Source: Eledone cirrhosa (lineage: Eukaryota). From it: a stretch of 64,000 nt of DNA. Below, one piece after another: positions 41,645-57,151 of this stretch. How positions within the stretch are numbered: the stretch's first letter is position 1; every line of letters begins with the position of its first letter. The position numbers and the translations under genes are program-made. The DNA lies in NCBI GenBank assembly GCA_964016885.1, contig OZ024743.1, positions 337,218,001 to 337,282,000 of the forward strand, in the 5' to 3' direction. Below the pieces are notes generated by a model. It ran no database searches. It was not told where the DNA came from and worked only from the letters and a program-made list of their open reading frames with translations.

Positions 41645-43399
41645 ATGTTTATCGATACCGTTGAAAACGATATCGCCATATTGGAAGCTAACGCCACGCC
41701 TACCAAAAAAATAATCGTGAAAGAGGGAACAACAATTCAAACTGTTGAACAGCCCCTCCTCTCCAATGAAAAAAAAAAGAATATTAATTCGAATGAAAAC
41801 CTAAATTTTGAAGAAAAAAATACCACAAATAATGAAACCAACAACATTACAACAACAAGCAACAAAGACAACAAAATTTCTTTTGCCCAAACGGTCAGGA
41901 AAGCTATTGAATACAAGCCCATAGATATTACTAACGCTAAACAAAACTTGCTAGATGCCAGAAAATACGTATCTTTTGGGGAGGATGGTTCTTTTACGAT
42001 CAACTCCCCAGAAGAAGTTCGTCAACAGGTATATAGGAATACGATAACCTACAGGACTATATCCAATGCAACAAGAAAGCCAGCTCAATTGACAGAAAGT
42101 CAAATTGAGCTGGTTCTGAAAGACATTAAAAAGGACATACTCTTTATTGAAAGAGGAAGGCTGTATGCCAGCATTATAATCCGAATGAAGGACGAAATGC
42201 TGGCTCAAAAATGTTCGGTGGCACCTATAGTGTCACCACAATACACCTTCTTCCCCACATATAAAGGAAGAAGAACACAAAGAATAAGAATGTGGAGCCC
42301 AACGCCAGAAGTTAACATCTGGTCCGTCCTGACAGGATTTACGGACCTAGAAAAGGATATCCTTATTTCAGCAGGGGAGTCTACCAGTGGACTGTTCGGG
42401 GGGGGGGGGAAGTCTGGAGGTTCTCTTACAGATGACACCTGAGAGAATCGCCGGAATACGCGACCGAGTCCTACTGGATGGGCGAACCTTCATAAATATT
42501 ACGGTGGAAAGCAGGAGACCCTCATGTTACCACTGCGCTGGCAGAGATCACCTGAGGACGGCCTGCCCTCTACTAATAACAAAAAACCACTACTACAAAC
42601 ACCACAACAACAACAAAACCAACCAGCACCACCACCACAAAAACAACAAAATACACTACCATCACCACCACAACGACAACAAAAACCAACAACACCACCT
42701 CCTCCACCACCACCACAACAACAACATCAACAACAGCTCAAGAAAACAACCCAAAACACGGTCCCACCCAGCCCCTCCCCACAGAACACATACAAAAACA
42801 CACACTTCATACACAACCCGGAAATATACCCCTCCCCTCCAATACGAAAGGGGAGCTCATATCGTCGGAAGACGAGGGGGCTCCCTTCCAAAAAGTGAAA
42901 AGAAAAAAAGTACACACACCACACAAACAAAAATAACCCCACCTGACAACACAACACAAACAACAAAACGCAAACTCACGCAAGAACAACAAGCAAAAAC
43001 AAACACAACAACACAAAAACTCTACACATACATAAACAAAAACAATAAAGACTTAACGGAAAAAATAGAAAACAACCCTTCGGTACAAACCGAAGGGCCG
43101 AATTTTGCAACGGCAATGGGACTCCCTAACCTGAAAATGGTGAAAGTCCCACTTGACATTTTCAAGACTTTGAAAAACATTTACCCTGAGGACGTGGGGC
43201 CACCCTGCACCAGGCCACTCAACCGCGTCCTCCTGAAAGGTTTTCCCCTCCTCTCCTCAAACACCCACACAACTCCAAACACCCCAACCCCTCCACACAC
43301 TAATACCCCCACACCACCACAAACCACCACCCACCCATCAACCCCTCCACCAGCCCCATGGAAACTGAGCGGCCCGAACCCCGGGACGCAGAGAGGTAA
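41645..43399 (+). pseudogene. Tx1 copy F ORF1
   Basis: ORFs 41645-42442 and 42387-43487 (part); knuckle CYHCAGRDHLRTAC; ends ..METERPEPRDAER*. Confidence 0.8.
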
Positions 43400-43422
43400 G
43401 TGCCTCTTTCTTTGCCACCAAC

Positions 43423-46400
43423 ATGGCTGTGTTAAGAGTATGTTGTCTAAATGCGCATGGCCTGGGCTCACCTTGGAAGCAAACTAAACTTCTAAATGAC
43501 CTCAGGTCACAATGTATAAATGTGATGGTTATTTGCGAGGCCCGGATCAGCAGCGTGTGACAGCTAGCCCCCACCTTTGATGACTTTGAGATGCACGCAT
43601 CTCTCTGTCAGCCCGGAGGTGGGGGTGGGGTTGTCGTTCTGCTGCAAAAGCATCTGGGTCTCGCTACACAGACGGTACACTTGGACCCGGAGGGTCGACT
43701 CGTGGTTCTGGACCTTGGCAATGGTGAAGGCGAAGCTTTTAGGCTTGTCGCCGTATATGCCCCTTTTGGGGCAATGCGGTCGGACTTCTTCCATCGTTTG
43801 GAGACTTTTCTAGGGACGTCCCGCTCCTTGCTTTTAGTGGGGGACTGGAATGGTATCCTAGATGCACGTTGGGACTATGTAGGGGCATGTCCCGATAGAG
43901 GGGGGTGTAACAGCCTCAAGGGGTTAATCAGCTGATTTGACCTGGTCGATAGATACGGACTAGATTTTCCGACTGTGCCAACCTGGACTTGGACAAACCA
44001 TAGCGGTCAATCTAGATCGTACCTAGATAGGTTCTTAGTTAGAATTAAGGATAGGGACTTTTTAAGTTGTCCAGAAATGCTCATGGTGGGCTATTCAGAC
44101 CACAAGTTAGTGACCTGCGTAGTCCACCTTGATAGAACGCATAGGCAGGGACCCGGTTACTGGAAGCTCAACTTGTCCTTACCGGCAAGTAGAGCTTACA
44201 GGGACCGGATTAGAACCTTAGTTAAGGAGCGGTTGACGGGCGCCATCGTCAACAGCAGGTGGTGGGGCTCTCTAAAAAGAGAGATTAGAGTAGTTTCAAT
44301 AGGAGTTAGTAAGGAGTTAGCCTCAGATAGAAATAGGAAGGAAAGGGAGTTGGTAGTTAATGTTGAAGAGGCAATGAGAAGCGGCAACGTGGCCAGAGTG
44401 CAAGCGTCGAGAACGGCCTTGAACTAGTTCTTCGACGCGAAACACGAAGGCTGCGTTGTCCGAAGCAAAATACGTGCTCTGGGAAACGAGGGGACCAAAG
44501 TTGTTAGCTGGGCCCGCTTGACAGAAGCGAAAAGTGGGATTAAATCCACTATCCGGTCTTTGCGAGACCAGGATGGAGGGGTGATCCTTGAACCTAAGCA
44601 AATGTGCGAGGCCTTTCAAAGGCACTTTGCCCGATTGTTCGGGAGGGGCGGGGCGCCGGTTGGAGATGTGGATTTCGGTCCATACCTCGACGGGCCGATC
44701 TCAGCTGCTGAAATAAGGGACGTGCTGAGCCTATGCGGCAAACGCAAATCTCCAGGGCTCGATGGTCTGCCCTACGAACTATATATTAATATGCCGGACT
44801 TGTTCCCCGATCTCCACGAGGCGGTCTACTGCAACTGGCAACAGAACGGGAGAATTTCCTGTTCTGTGACCAAGGGCGTAGTCTCGCTAGTGAGGAAGGA
44901 CGAGAACAAGGGGGATGACATTAGTAATTTTAGGCCCATAGCTCTGCTAAATGCAGTGTTAAAGATTTTGGCCAAGGTGTTAGCGAAGAGGTTGGTGCTT
45001 GTCGTGGGGAGCCTGGTGGGAGATGCGCAGACATGCTCTATCCCCTCCAGGTCCATCCACGACAACCTCCACCTCATGCGATACATCATAGAGAGGGTTG
45101 GGAACGAACCCGGCTTTGGTGGGGCTCTGATAAATTTAGATCAGTCTAAAGCGTTCGATAGGGTTGTCCATGGTTACCTGGATGCGGTGCTAGCGGCGGC
45201 TGGGTTCGGACCCGTTTTCAGGGGCTGGATCACTGCCATGCACAGCAGCCGCATCTGCTCTAGAGTTAAGGTGAACGGCTACCTTTCGGAACCGTTCGAA
45301 ATCACCCGCTCCATCCGACAGGGGTGCCCTCTCTCCTCCCTTCTGTATGTATTGGCTCTCGAGCCACTACTGCGGAAGTTGGAGTTGTTGCAGGGCATCC
45401 CTTTGGAACCGGGATTGCGCAAAGCAGTGTCGGCCTACGCCGATGACGTAATAGTAATGGTGTCGACCATCTCGGAAATCGAGGCAATCGGCACCTTACT
45501 TGAGGAGTACGAAGGGTTGACAGGGGCTAAGCTGAACCGGGACAAGTCAGTCGCTTTGCAACTCGGCGAGTGGAGGGGCAAAGCGATGTCGTGCCACGGT
45601 ATCGTCGGACGGTGGACGGAGGGCCCGGTGAAGTTGCTTGGGGTCTGGTTCGGACCGGATCTCCAGGTGGAGAAAAACTGGGGTGAGGTGACGAATAGGG
45701 TGTTTGCACTGACCCAGAAGTGGGCCGAGTGCAAACTATCCCTGAAAGGTATGGCGTAGGTGGCGAATGATCACATAGCGTCCGTCATCTATTACCGCTT
45801 GACTGTCATGCCTTGCCCGGGTGAGATCCTCGCCAAAATGGAGCGCGCCCTCTTTTATTTCCTTTGGAAGAAGAGGTCTCCTCTGGTGAGGAGATCCATC
45901 TGCTGTCAACACCCTTTGAAAGGAGGGCTGGGGATGCCGTGGCTAAAAATGCGTAAACACGCATTGAGGCTAAGGCACCTCCAGGTATTCCTCACCGGTC
46001 AACCGGTGTGGGCCCCGTTCGTGAGGCGAGCCTTCCCGAGGCTCGTCTCGCTCACCGAGCTGTAGTCCTGGGTGAAGCAAAGACCGAGAAAACTGGGCGA
46101 CTGGCACACCGAGTGTGCCCAAGCGCTCACGGCTCTCTGGCAGGCAGACCCAGCTATCGACAGAGACTCCACCTCGTCATACTATAGAGGGCTGGTGGTT
46201 AGCGGGTGCGACGACGCCCTCGGAGAAACCCTAGGCATGGAGGAGGACGAACTGGCCAGTCTATTCGGTAGGACTTTCGGCCCGGGACCTATGAACAACT
46301 TCCAGAAGTCCTTGGCCTGGCAATGCTACCGAGGGGCTCTGCCCGTTCGGGATAAGCTCTACAGACACGGGCGCCCGGGTAGGGACGCCTCGAAAAAGAT

Positions 46401-46818
46401 CTGTCCCAGATGCGTGCGCGACGAGGAAACCGTCGCGCACGCATTGGTGCACTGCCCGGGCGTTGCCGATCTGTGGGGCTATGTCGAACAACTGCTGTCA
46501 CGGGTGGGACCAATTAGGTTGACCACCGAGTCCATTGTAACGATCAAGCCGCCTCCCCCCTTCAAAAATGAAGGAGAGGCGGTCTTCCTCTGTGTAATAG
46601 CCATGGTAAAAGAGGTTATATGGTGGACGCGTCTGAAAGGGCTGAGGTCGGACACCTTTCTCTCCGGCCAACAACTGGTCCTTTTCTTCCGATACCATTT
46701 CGGAAGAAGGATTAGGATGGAGAGAGAGGTGCTCCACTCCAGCCAGTTTTATGAAAGGTGAGTGAAAGTTGCGAGAATGGCCCGTGTGAATGGGCGTTCT
46801 CTCTATATCAGCCTGTAG
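43423..46818 (+). pseudogene. Tx1 copy F ORF2 (APE-RT-CCHC), with several premature stops
   Basis: Fragments 43591-43935, 43975-44427, 44518-45759 (QGCPLS, YADD), 45760-46065 and 46072-46761. Confidence 0.9.
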
Positions 46819-47044
46819 GTGGAACAGGAAGAAGGGAGCACCCTCTGTTTGTGCTCCCGTGGAGAAGGGTCGCACATTTTTTCGGGGGTGTGTGTGACCC
46901 CAAAACGATCCCTCCCTATTGAGGACCTTCTTGTTACTATTTTGTTTGTTATATTTTTCTTACTCGATGTTTATGTAAACTCCCCCCACCGATGTACATG
47001 TCCCTTTCTTTTGTGCCCTAGTGGCAAATAAACAGAAATTTGTC

Positions 47045-47520
47045 TTTGATAGTAGACGTCTTGCAGATCGGCTCTTCGATTTGGAATTTTTACTTGGATT
47101 ATTTGTGAGTGTATTATTTAAATTGTTTTTTATTATTGACTCTAACCCCTAGTCTGGGACTGTAGACGTAGGGTAAATATATTTTCACCCCGTTTGGGGT
47201 GAAAAATATTTAATTCAAAATGTTCATCGATATCGTGGAAAACGAGGAAGCCATATTGGAAGCTAACGCCACGCCTACCAAAAAAAGCGAGAAAGAGGGA
47301 ACAACAATTCAAACTGTTGAACAGCCCCTCCTCTCGAATGAAAAAAAAGAATATTAATTCGAGTGAAAACCTAAATTCTGAAGAAAAAAATAACAAGAAA
47401 ATAAACACCACAAAAGGTGAAACCAACAATTAAATTTTTCTTACTCGTTCTATATGTAACCCCCCCCCCCCATGTACATGTCCCTTTCTTTTGTGCCCTA
47501 GTGGCAAATAAACAGAAATT
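47045..47520 (+). mobile_element. Internally deleted Tx1 copy G (5' ~390 bp plus 3' ~85 bp)
   Basis: Same termini as E and F; jumps from early ORF1 to the end of the 3' UTR at ~47433; followed by (TGTC)n. Confidence 0.9.
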
Positions 47521-47610
47521 TGTCTGTCTGCCTGTCTGTTGTCTGCCTGCCTGTCTGTCTGTCTGTCTGCTTGTCTGTTTGTCTGTCTGTCTGTCTGTTT
47601 GTCTGTCTGC
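47521..47610. repeat. Degenerate (TGTC)n microsatellite
   Basis: Directly visible. Confidence 0.9.
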
Positions 47611-48345
47611 TTCTTTTTCCCTCCTCCCCCTTCCTATCTCTAGCCTCCTGCCTCTCTCACTTTCCCTCTCTTCTCCCATCACGCCAACATTTCTCTCTCT
47701 CTTTCTCTCTCTCTGCCCTCTCTCTCTGTCTCTCTCTCTATCTCTCTCTTCTGTATTTCTTTCAACTGTTTGTCTATATTCGAAGCCCTTCTCTCATTAT
47801 CTTTTAACCTTTTTTCTCTCATCATCTTCTGATCAAACGGTTCCCTATCTCTCACTATCACCCCCAATATTATTCCCCTTTCTTATTACAATTATATATT
47901 CCAGATATCTCGGGTTTTCCATTATTTTCTCATATTCACATTATCTACTTCTCCATGAAAGCCCCACCCACACGCCACCACCCTTTCTCTTACAAACTGT
48001 ACTCTTGTTTGGACCCGTAACTCCTGATGGAATCGTAGAGGCGTTGTGGTAACATATGGCGTGTCTTGGGCATTTTAAACTTGGCGGAACCCAACCTCTC
48101 TCTAGGTCTGCGTACAAACAATTTCCGAGAGAGACAGAGAGAGAGGAGGGAGCGGAGAGAGAGAATCGATCCTAGTACTGGACTGATACATTCTTTTATC
48201 GACCTTGAAAGGATGAAAAGCATAGTTCACTTCTCTTATAAACTAGCACTCTCTCTATCTACCTTTCTATGTAAACCCACCTCTCTCTCTTATAAACTGG
48301 CGCTTTCTTTATTTTAATGCCATGATCTCAAATTTTCTTTATCCA

Positions 48346-48580
<235 letters not shown>

Positions 48581-48666
48581 GCACGCTCACTGTATCTTTC
48601 TTTAAGCGTGAAATTAATACGAATTTATGTTAATGCATCCTCTTGTTTGTTTATTTCTTGTTTCCT

Positions 48667-49263
<597 letters not shown>

Positions 49264-49280
49264 GTATATATATATATGTG

Positions 49281-50864
<1,584 letters not shown>

Positions 50865-50867
<3 letters not shown>

Positions 50868-52274
50868 GCTATACGGACCCCCCAAAACACTGATCAGGTA
50901 AGAAAAATGGTCGCACATGCAATAGGGGCTAGTATCAAAACTACCCTAAAGGGCCACATATTTAAGTTCAATGAGAAAATCTACACCCAAAATGAGGGAG
51001 CAGCCATCGGCGTCAGCATAGCTGGCGATGTTGCCAACCTTTTCATGGTATGGTGGGAAAGGAGACTTAAAGATCTCCTTAATGAAAGCTCCATAGACCT
51101 CATCATGTACTCTCGTTATGTAGACGATATCAATATATTTATAAGAACACCCCCACTAGAGAGCACTAACAAGTTTGATTTAGAACGTAGCACGATGGAA
51201 AGCATCCAGCAGAGAGCTAATTCCATACACCAGAGTATAACTGTAACTATAGACTTCCCTTCCAAACACCCTAACAATAGACTACCTGTATTAGACACAG
51301 AACTCTGGATCAACACTATAGACGAGAGAGCCCAAATTCTCCACTCACACTATGCTAAACCCATGGCCTCCAAATACCTGATACTCAAAAACTCAGCAAT
51401 GTCCAGTAGTGCTAAGTTTAATATTCTGATCGCAGATTTGGTACGAGTGATGAAGAATGTGTCCAGCATGTGCGACCCAACAGAAATGGAAGGACACATC
51501 CAACACTTCATCAACCGCATGCAGTTCTCTGGCTACAACCAAAGAGACAGAGTCAGAGTATACGAAGGAGCCATGGAAAAGTATAAGACCCTCATAGAAC
51601 TGGACATGAAAGGAATTTGCCCACTATACAGGAGCAAATCATGGAATAGCTTAGATAGGGCTAGACATAAGATAGGGAAGGCCACATCATGGTACGACAA
51701 CCAGAGATATCAGAGTGTCATGTTTGTGGACGCCACCCCTGGAGGGAAATTAGCTAACCAGTGTAGAAAGGCCCTGAGAAAGACCCACTTAAAAATAAAG
51801 GTGGTAGAAAAGCCAGGAACCACCATAAAATCCCTGATCAGCAAAACCTACCCTTTTAAGAAAACCCACTGTACCAATAGGAAATGTATCATATGTAAGG
51901 TGAACCCCCGGATAAACTGTAAAACTAGAAACGTAGTCTATAGCATAAGATGTACAGAGGGTACTTGCAGAAACACGACAACAACATACATAGGTGAGAC
52001 AGCTCGTAGCATAGGTGAAAGGATAGACCAACACTGGGGGGAACTAAAAGGACGAAAAAACGGGTCAGTACTATATGAACATGCTAGACAACATCATGAC
52101 GGTAACATAGACAACATAGAAATTAGAATAATATCTAAACATAGGAATGACCCAGCAGATAGGCAAATCAGAGAGGCCAGTGAAATAGAAATTAGAAGAC
52201 CAAAGCTAAACAGAAAGAATGAGTGGAACAACAACAACACCCAAACAAACAACACTGACCTAAGAGAAGTATAA
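50865..52274 (+). CDS. Partial PLE reverse transcriptase-GIY-YIG endonuclease polyprotein (open to its stop, 5' truncated)
   Basis: QNEGAAIGVSIAGDVANLFM, RYVDD, LPVLDTELW, YAKPMAS, FSGY, CTNRKCIIC, NVVYSIRC..C, YIGETARS..ER..QH, HARQHH, REASEI. Confidence 0.85.
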
Positions 52275-52540
52275 ATAAATAAGTAAATTAAATTAAATAA
52301 AATAAGATAAATAAATACATACACAAGCACATAAACACACACTAGTCACCCAGCAGACACAACACTATACACACTAGTCACACATCACACATAACACTAT
52401 ACACACACGCAAACGCATGCGCAAAGAAGACAAAATAAAATAAGATAAACAAACAAGCAAATAAATAAATAAATATATAGACAGACTGAACAAAAAAAAT
52501 GGCGTAGACATACAACACAACAGGAGGAACAATGAATATA

Positions 52541-52590
52541 ACACCACTGACGATGTTGCAGATGTGCAACGAAAGATTTATGTAAACTAT
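52541..52590 (+). ncRNA. Hammerhead-like motif in the Naiad-like 3' UTR (second copy at 61941-61990)
   Basis: CTGACGA-T-GTTGCA-GATG-TGCAAC-GAAAG-ATTTATGTAAA-CTA; stem II is perfect but the stem I partner is not evident; copy 2 has GAAC. Confidence 0.5.
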
Positions 52591-52849
52591 ATATATATGT
52601 GTTTGTCTATATTGTATCTGTATTATTTTTGACCGCCGGTCAGTCAATGGCAACATTGAGGACCGAGTAAGTTAGATCGCAGATATATATATATAAAAGA
52701 CAGCGAGAAGCGAAAACCAACCAAACAGTGAGTGTGTTCTGTTATTAATTCTGGCAATATTACGCAAATATGACCCTCCCCAAATATAACAATATCTGTT
52801 TCGACACACGATTTCATATAAAAAACCTCGCAAAACTAATTCATCGCCG

Positions 52850-52896
<47 letters not shown>

Positions 52897-52919
52897 TATA
52901 TACACACATATATATATAC

Positions 52920-52955
<36 letters not shown>

Positions 52956-53094
52956 CTATATATATATATAGATATATATATATATATCTATATATATATA
53001 ATACATATATATATATCTACATATATATATATATCTATACATATATATCTATACATATATATACATATATATCTATACATATATATATATAGAC

Positions 53095-53127
<33 letters not shown>

Positions 53128-53169
53128 CGATATTAATAAATGGAACCTATATTTATATAAACATATTTA

Positions 53170-53230
53170 TTTTATTATACATATTTCAAGGACACCAAGT
53201 TAAATTATGGTGTGCTTTCATCAGACAAAA
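53170..53230 (-). ncRNA. Type I hammerhead ribozyme in a short insert between TA tracts
   Basis: Minus strand TTTTGT-CTGATGA-AAGCACACCA-TAATTTAACT-TGGTGTCCTT-GAAAT-ATGT-ATA-ATAAAA. Confidence 0.75.
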
Positions 53231-53290
53231 TACAATATAGATCAGTTTTATAAATAAATATTGACATACCCTTAAAAATGCAACCATTAC

Positions 53291-53329
53291 TGTTGGAAGC
53301 TCCTGGATAGTATCCGGGAGCTTCCAACA
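53291..53329. repeat. 19-bp-arm hairpin at the 5' end of the HHR-bearing insert
   Basis: TGTTGGAAGCTCCTGGATA-G-TATCCGGGAGCTTCCAACA. Confidence 0.85.
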
Positions 53330-53488
53330 TTTTTATATATATATATATATATGCATATATATATATACATATATATATATTTCCATTTGTTAATATCGTA
53401 TGTTTATTCCAAATACTTGTTGAGTGCTTCATATCAGTTATAAAAATATTTGCTTGTTGTATCCCAACAATTTAAATAGAACTTTTGC

Positions 53489-53520
53489 ATATATATATAT
53501 AGACATATATATATATATGC

Positions 53521-53593
<73 letters not shown>

Positions 53594-53616
53594 TATATAT
53601 ATATATATATAGACAT

Positions 53617-53647
<31 letters not shown>

Positions 53648-53861
53648 CACACATATATATATATACATATGTATATATATATATATACACATATATATAT
53701 ATACATATGTATATATATATATATATACACATATATATATATGTACATATATATATATATATAGACATATATATATTTATATATATAAATAAATATATAA
53801 ACATATATATATATATATATACATATATATTTATATGTATATATATATATATAAACATATA

Positions 53862-53942
<81 letters not shown>

Positions 53943-54057
53943 GTATATATATACATATATACATATATGTATATATATACATATATACATATATATATAT
54001 ATATGCATATATATATATACATATATACATATATATATATATGCATATATATATATA
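53489..54057. repeat. Long interrupted (TA)n microsatellite (similar tracts at 49111-49410, 52851-53126, 55175-55385, 57159-57237, 57945-58092, 59215-59402 and 62183-62275)
   Basis: Directly visible. Confidence 0.95.
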
Positions 54058-54633
54058 TTTTATAATATGTAATCCATGTGCAACCACACAGTATCCTTCT
54101 CCCCTTGTTTTCCATATATATTTACCTAGACTGCGATTATTTCTTTCTCTCTTTCTCTCTTACTGCTCCCCCGTTCTCTCTGTTTCTCTTACCTTCTTTC
54201 GCCCCCTCTGTCAGTTACCTTTCTCTCGACTGACCTCTTCCTCGCACTTCCACTCACTCACTCTCTGTTTCTCCCCTTCTCGCGTTCGCTAGTAGTGGGG
54301 TTCCTTCTTTCTCACACCGCACTCACGGCGTACGGTCTGCTTCTCTGACCGTTCATGAAATTCACCCAGCTTATGCTGACCGGATAACTATCATGTGGCT
54401 TGCTGTTTTTCAAACCTTCGGTTCGCTTTTCCTTCTGTTATTTACTTGTCTCACTCGCTTTACGCGTTTCACTTGTCCCAATAGCTTGTTTTAGTTATTG
54501 CACGCACCAACCTGAGGTATCTGATTTTTAATGCAATGAAATACCAATGATGGTTGGCAAATCACTGATGAGGGACTAATTTTATAATATGTAATCCATG
54601 TGCAACCACGCAGTATCCTTCTCCCCTTGTTTT

Positions 54634-54636
<3 letters not shown>
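54058..54636 (+). mobile_element. Small non-coding, terminally redundant insert (522-bp unit, 57-bp direct repeats) with a decayed hammerhead-like fold
   Basis: Direct repeats 54058-54114 and 54580-54636; 54507-54557 reads CCAAC-CTGAGGT-ATCTGATTTTTAATGCAAT-GAAAT-ACCAATG-ATG-GTTGG; (TA)n on both sides. Confidence 0.6.
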
Positions 54637-54714
<78 letters not shown>

Positions 54715-54718
<4 letters not shown>

Positions 54719-55175
54719 GTATAGGATTATCCGAGATGTAGTAATGGTTAATTACTACACTGGATATGCTTGACGTACGGTGAGAGGTTACTCTACGAGT
54801 TATGGAAGAATTGTTGAAGAAACTTAGTTCCTGATCCTTCTGTATTCCGGAGTGTATATAAACAATGAATAATAACAGGTAGACATCATAAAAAGGTAAT
54901 TTATTCCGTGTGCTTACAAATGTTTCCACGGTGGTACTACAGCCTAGTTATGCTATGAGCAAATTTGCAACTATTTGCAGAACTCAAATATCCAATGCTG
55001 TGACCACTGTATCCTCTGAGGATACAGTGGTCACAGCATTGGATATTTGAGTTCTGCAAATAGTTGTAAATTTGCACATAGCATAACTAGGCTGTAGTAC
55101 CACCGTGGAAACATTTGTAAGCACACGGAATAAATTACCTTTTTATGATGTCTACCTGTTATTATTCATTCTTTA
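54715..55175. mobile_element. PLE pLTR-like remnant with near-perfect palindrome 54864-55170 (153-bp arms, axis 55017) and a long-stem-II hammerhead
   Basis: ..GTATCCTC-T-GAGGATAC..; right arm CTGAGGA-TACAGTGGT..(~67 nt)..ACCACCGTG-GAAAC-ATTT-GTA-AGC. Confidence 0.75.
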
Positions 55176-55185
55176 TATATATATT

Positions 55186-55385
<200 letters not shown>

Positions 55386-55479
55386 ACGAAGGAAATGTGG
55401 TAAGGAACCAGGTGGACCATAACGCACCAAAGTACTCAATACTTAGGGTAGTAGAGTGCGTAATAGGAACAAGTAAGAC

Positions 55480-55482
<3 letters not shown>
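55386..55482 (-). mobile_element. 97-bp solo 3' tail of the 49411-50867 PLE family, in (TA)n
   Basis: Near-identical to 49411-49507. Confidence 0.9.
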
Positions 55483-55542
<60 letters not shown>

Positions 55543-55547
<5 letters not shown>

Positions 55548-57151
55548 AATTTATATCTAGTAACATTTATATACACACAGATGCATATCAATGCTAGCAA
55601 ATATATAGGTTTTGTCTTATTAACAATGTGGTTCAACGCATGGGGTTGCAGAACAATAATATGAGAGACATAAAATAAGAAAATTATAAAATTAACTTAC
55701 TTACTAAAAAATCACTTCCAACTAATTAGTTTCTGGAATGGAGTAAATATATTTTCCGAAGAAACTTATAGAAAATCATTCCGTCATCAGGAAAGTCTTT
55801 TTCCGTATAGGTCTCCAGGCATAGCGAGGACACTGGAAACTTATTAAAAAAAATAATTCAGTGGAATGGAAATAGCGATGCGTGGACTGGATTCCAAGCC
55901 ATTGAGAAAATCACTGCCTCCACGTCCGTGGCAAATTCAAAAAGAATCAATCACGTGACATCGAGGTCAATCAGTGGAAAGCGAGTGGTTATTAAGACAG
56001 CGGCCAGCTTACTACCATAGTAGCAGTCATGGCCAAATATTGCTCGACAAATGAATTGGAGATAATTATAAGGAATTTATATCTAGTAACATTTATATAC
56101 ACACAGATGCATATCAATGCTAGCAAATATATAGGTTTTGTCTTATTAACAATGTGGTTCAATGCATGGGGTTGCAGAACAATAATATGAGAGACGTAAA
56201 ATAAGAAAATTATAAAATTAACTTACTTACTAAAAAATCACTTCCAACTAATTAGTTTCTGGAATGGAGTAAATATATTTTCCGAAGAAACTTATAGAAA
56301 ATCATTCCGTCATCAGGAAAGTCTTTTTCCGTATAGGTCTCCAGGCATAGCGAGGACACTGGAAACTTATTAAAAAAAAATAATTCAGTGGAATGGAAAT
56401 AGCGATGCGTGGACTGGATTCCAAGCCATTGAGAAAATCACTGCCTCCACGTCCGTGGCAAATTCAAAAAGAATCAATCACGTGATATCGAGGTCAATCA
56501 GTGGAAAGCGAGTGGTTATTAAGACAACGGCCAGCTTACTACCATAGTAGCAGTCATGGCCAAATATTGCTCGACAAATGAATTGGAGATAATTATAAGG
56601 AATTTATATCTAGTAACATTTATATACACACAGATGCATATCAATGCTAGCAAATATATAGGTTTTGTCTTATTAACAATGTGGTTCAATGCATGGGGTT
56701 GCAGAACAATAATATGAGAGACGTAAAATAAGAAAATTATAAAATTAACTTACTTACTAAAAAATCACTTCCAACTAATTAGTTTCTGGAATGGAGTAAA
56801 TATATTTTCCGAAGAAACTTATAGAAAATCATTCCGTCATCAGGAAAGTCTTTTTCCGTATAGGTCTCCAGGCATAGCAAGGACACTGGAAACTTATTAA
56901 AAAAAATAATTCAGTGGAATGGAAATAGCGATGCGTGGACTGGATTCCAAGCCATTGAGAAAATCACTGCCTCCACGTCCGTGGCAAATTCAAAAAGAAT
57001 CAATCACGTGACATCGAGGTCAATCAGTGGAAAGCGAGTGGTTATTAAGACAGCGGCCAGCTTACTACCATATTTACTCCATTCCAGAAACTAATTAATT
57101 GGAAGTGATTTTTTAGTAAGTAAGTTAATTTTATAATTTTCTTATTTTACG

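Larger units (their letters stand above)
41469..47040 (+). mobile_element. Full-length Tx1 copy F (multiple stops and frameshifts)
   Basis: Starts TTTGATAGTAGACG and ends AATAAACAGAAATT-TGTC; ORF1 and ORF2 homologous to copy A. Confidence 0.92.
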
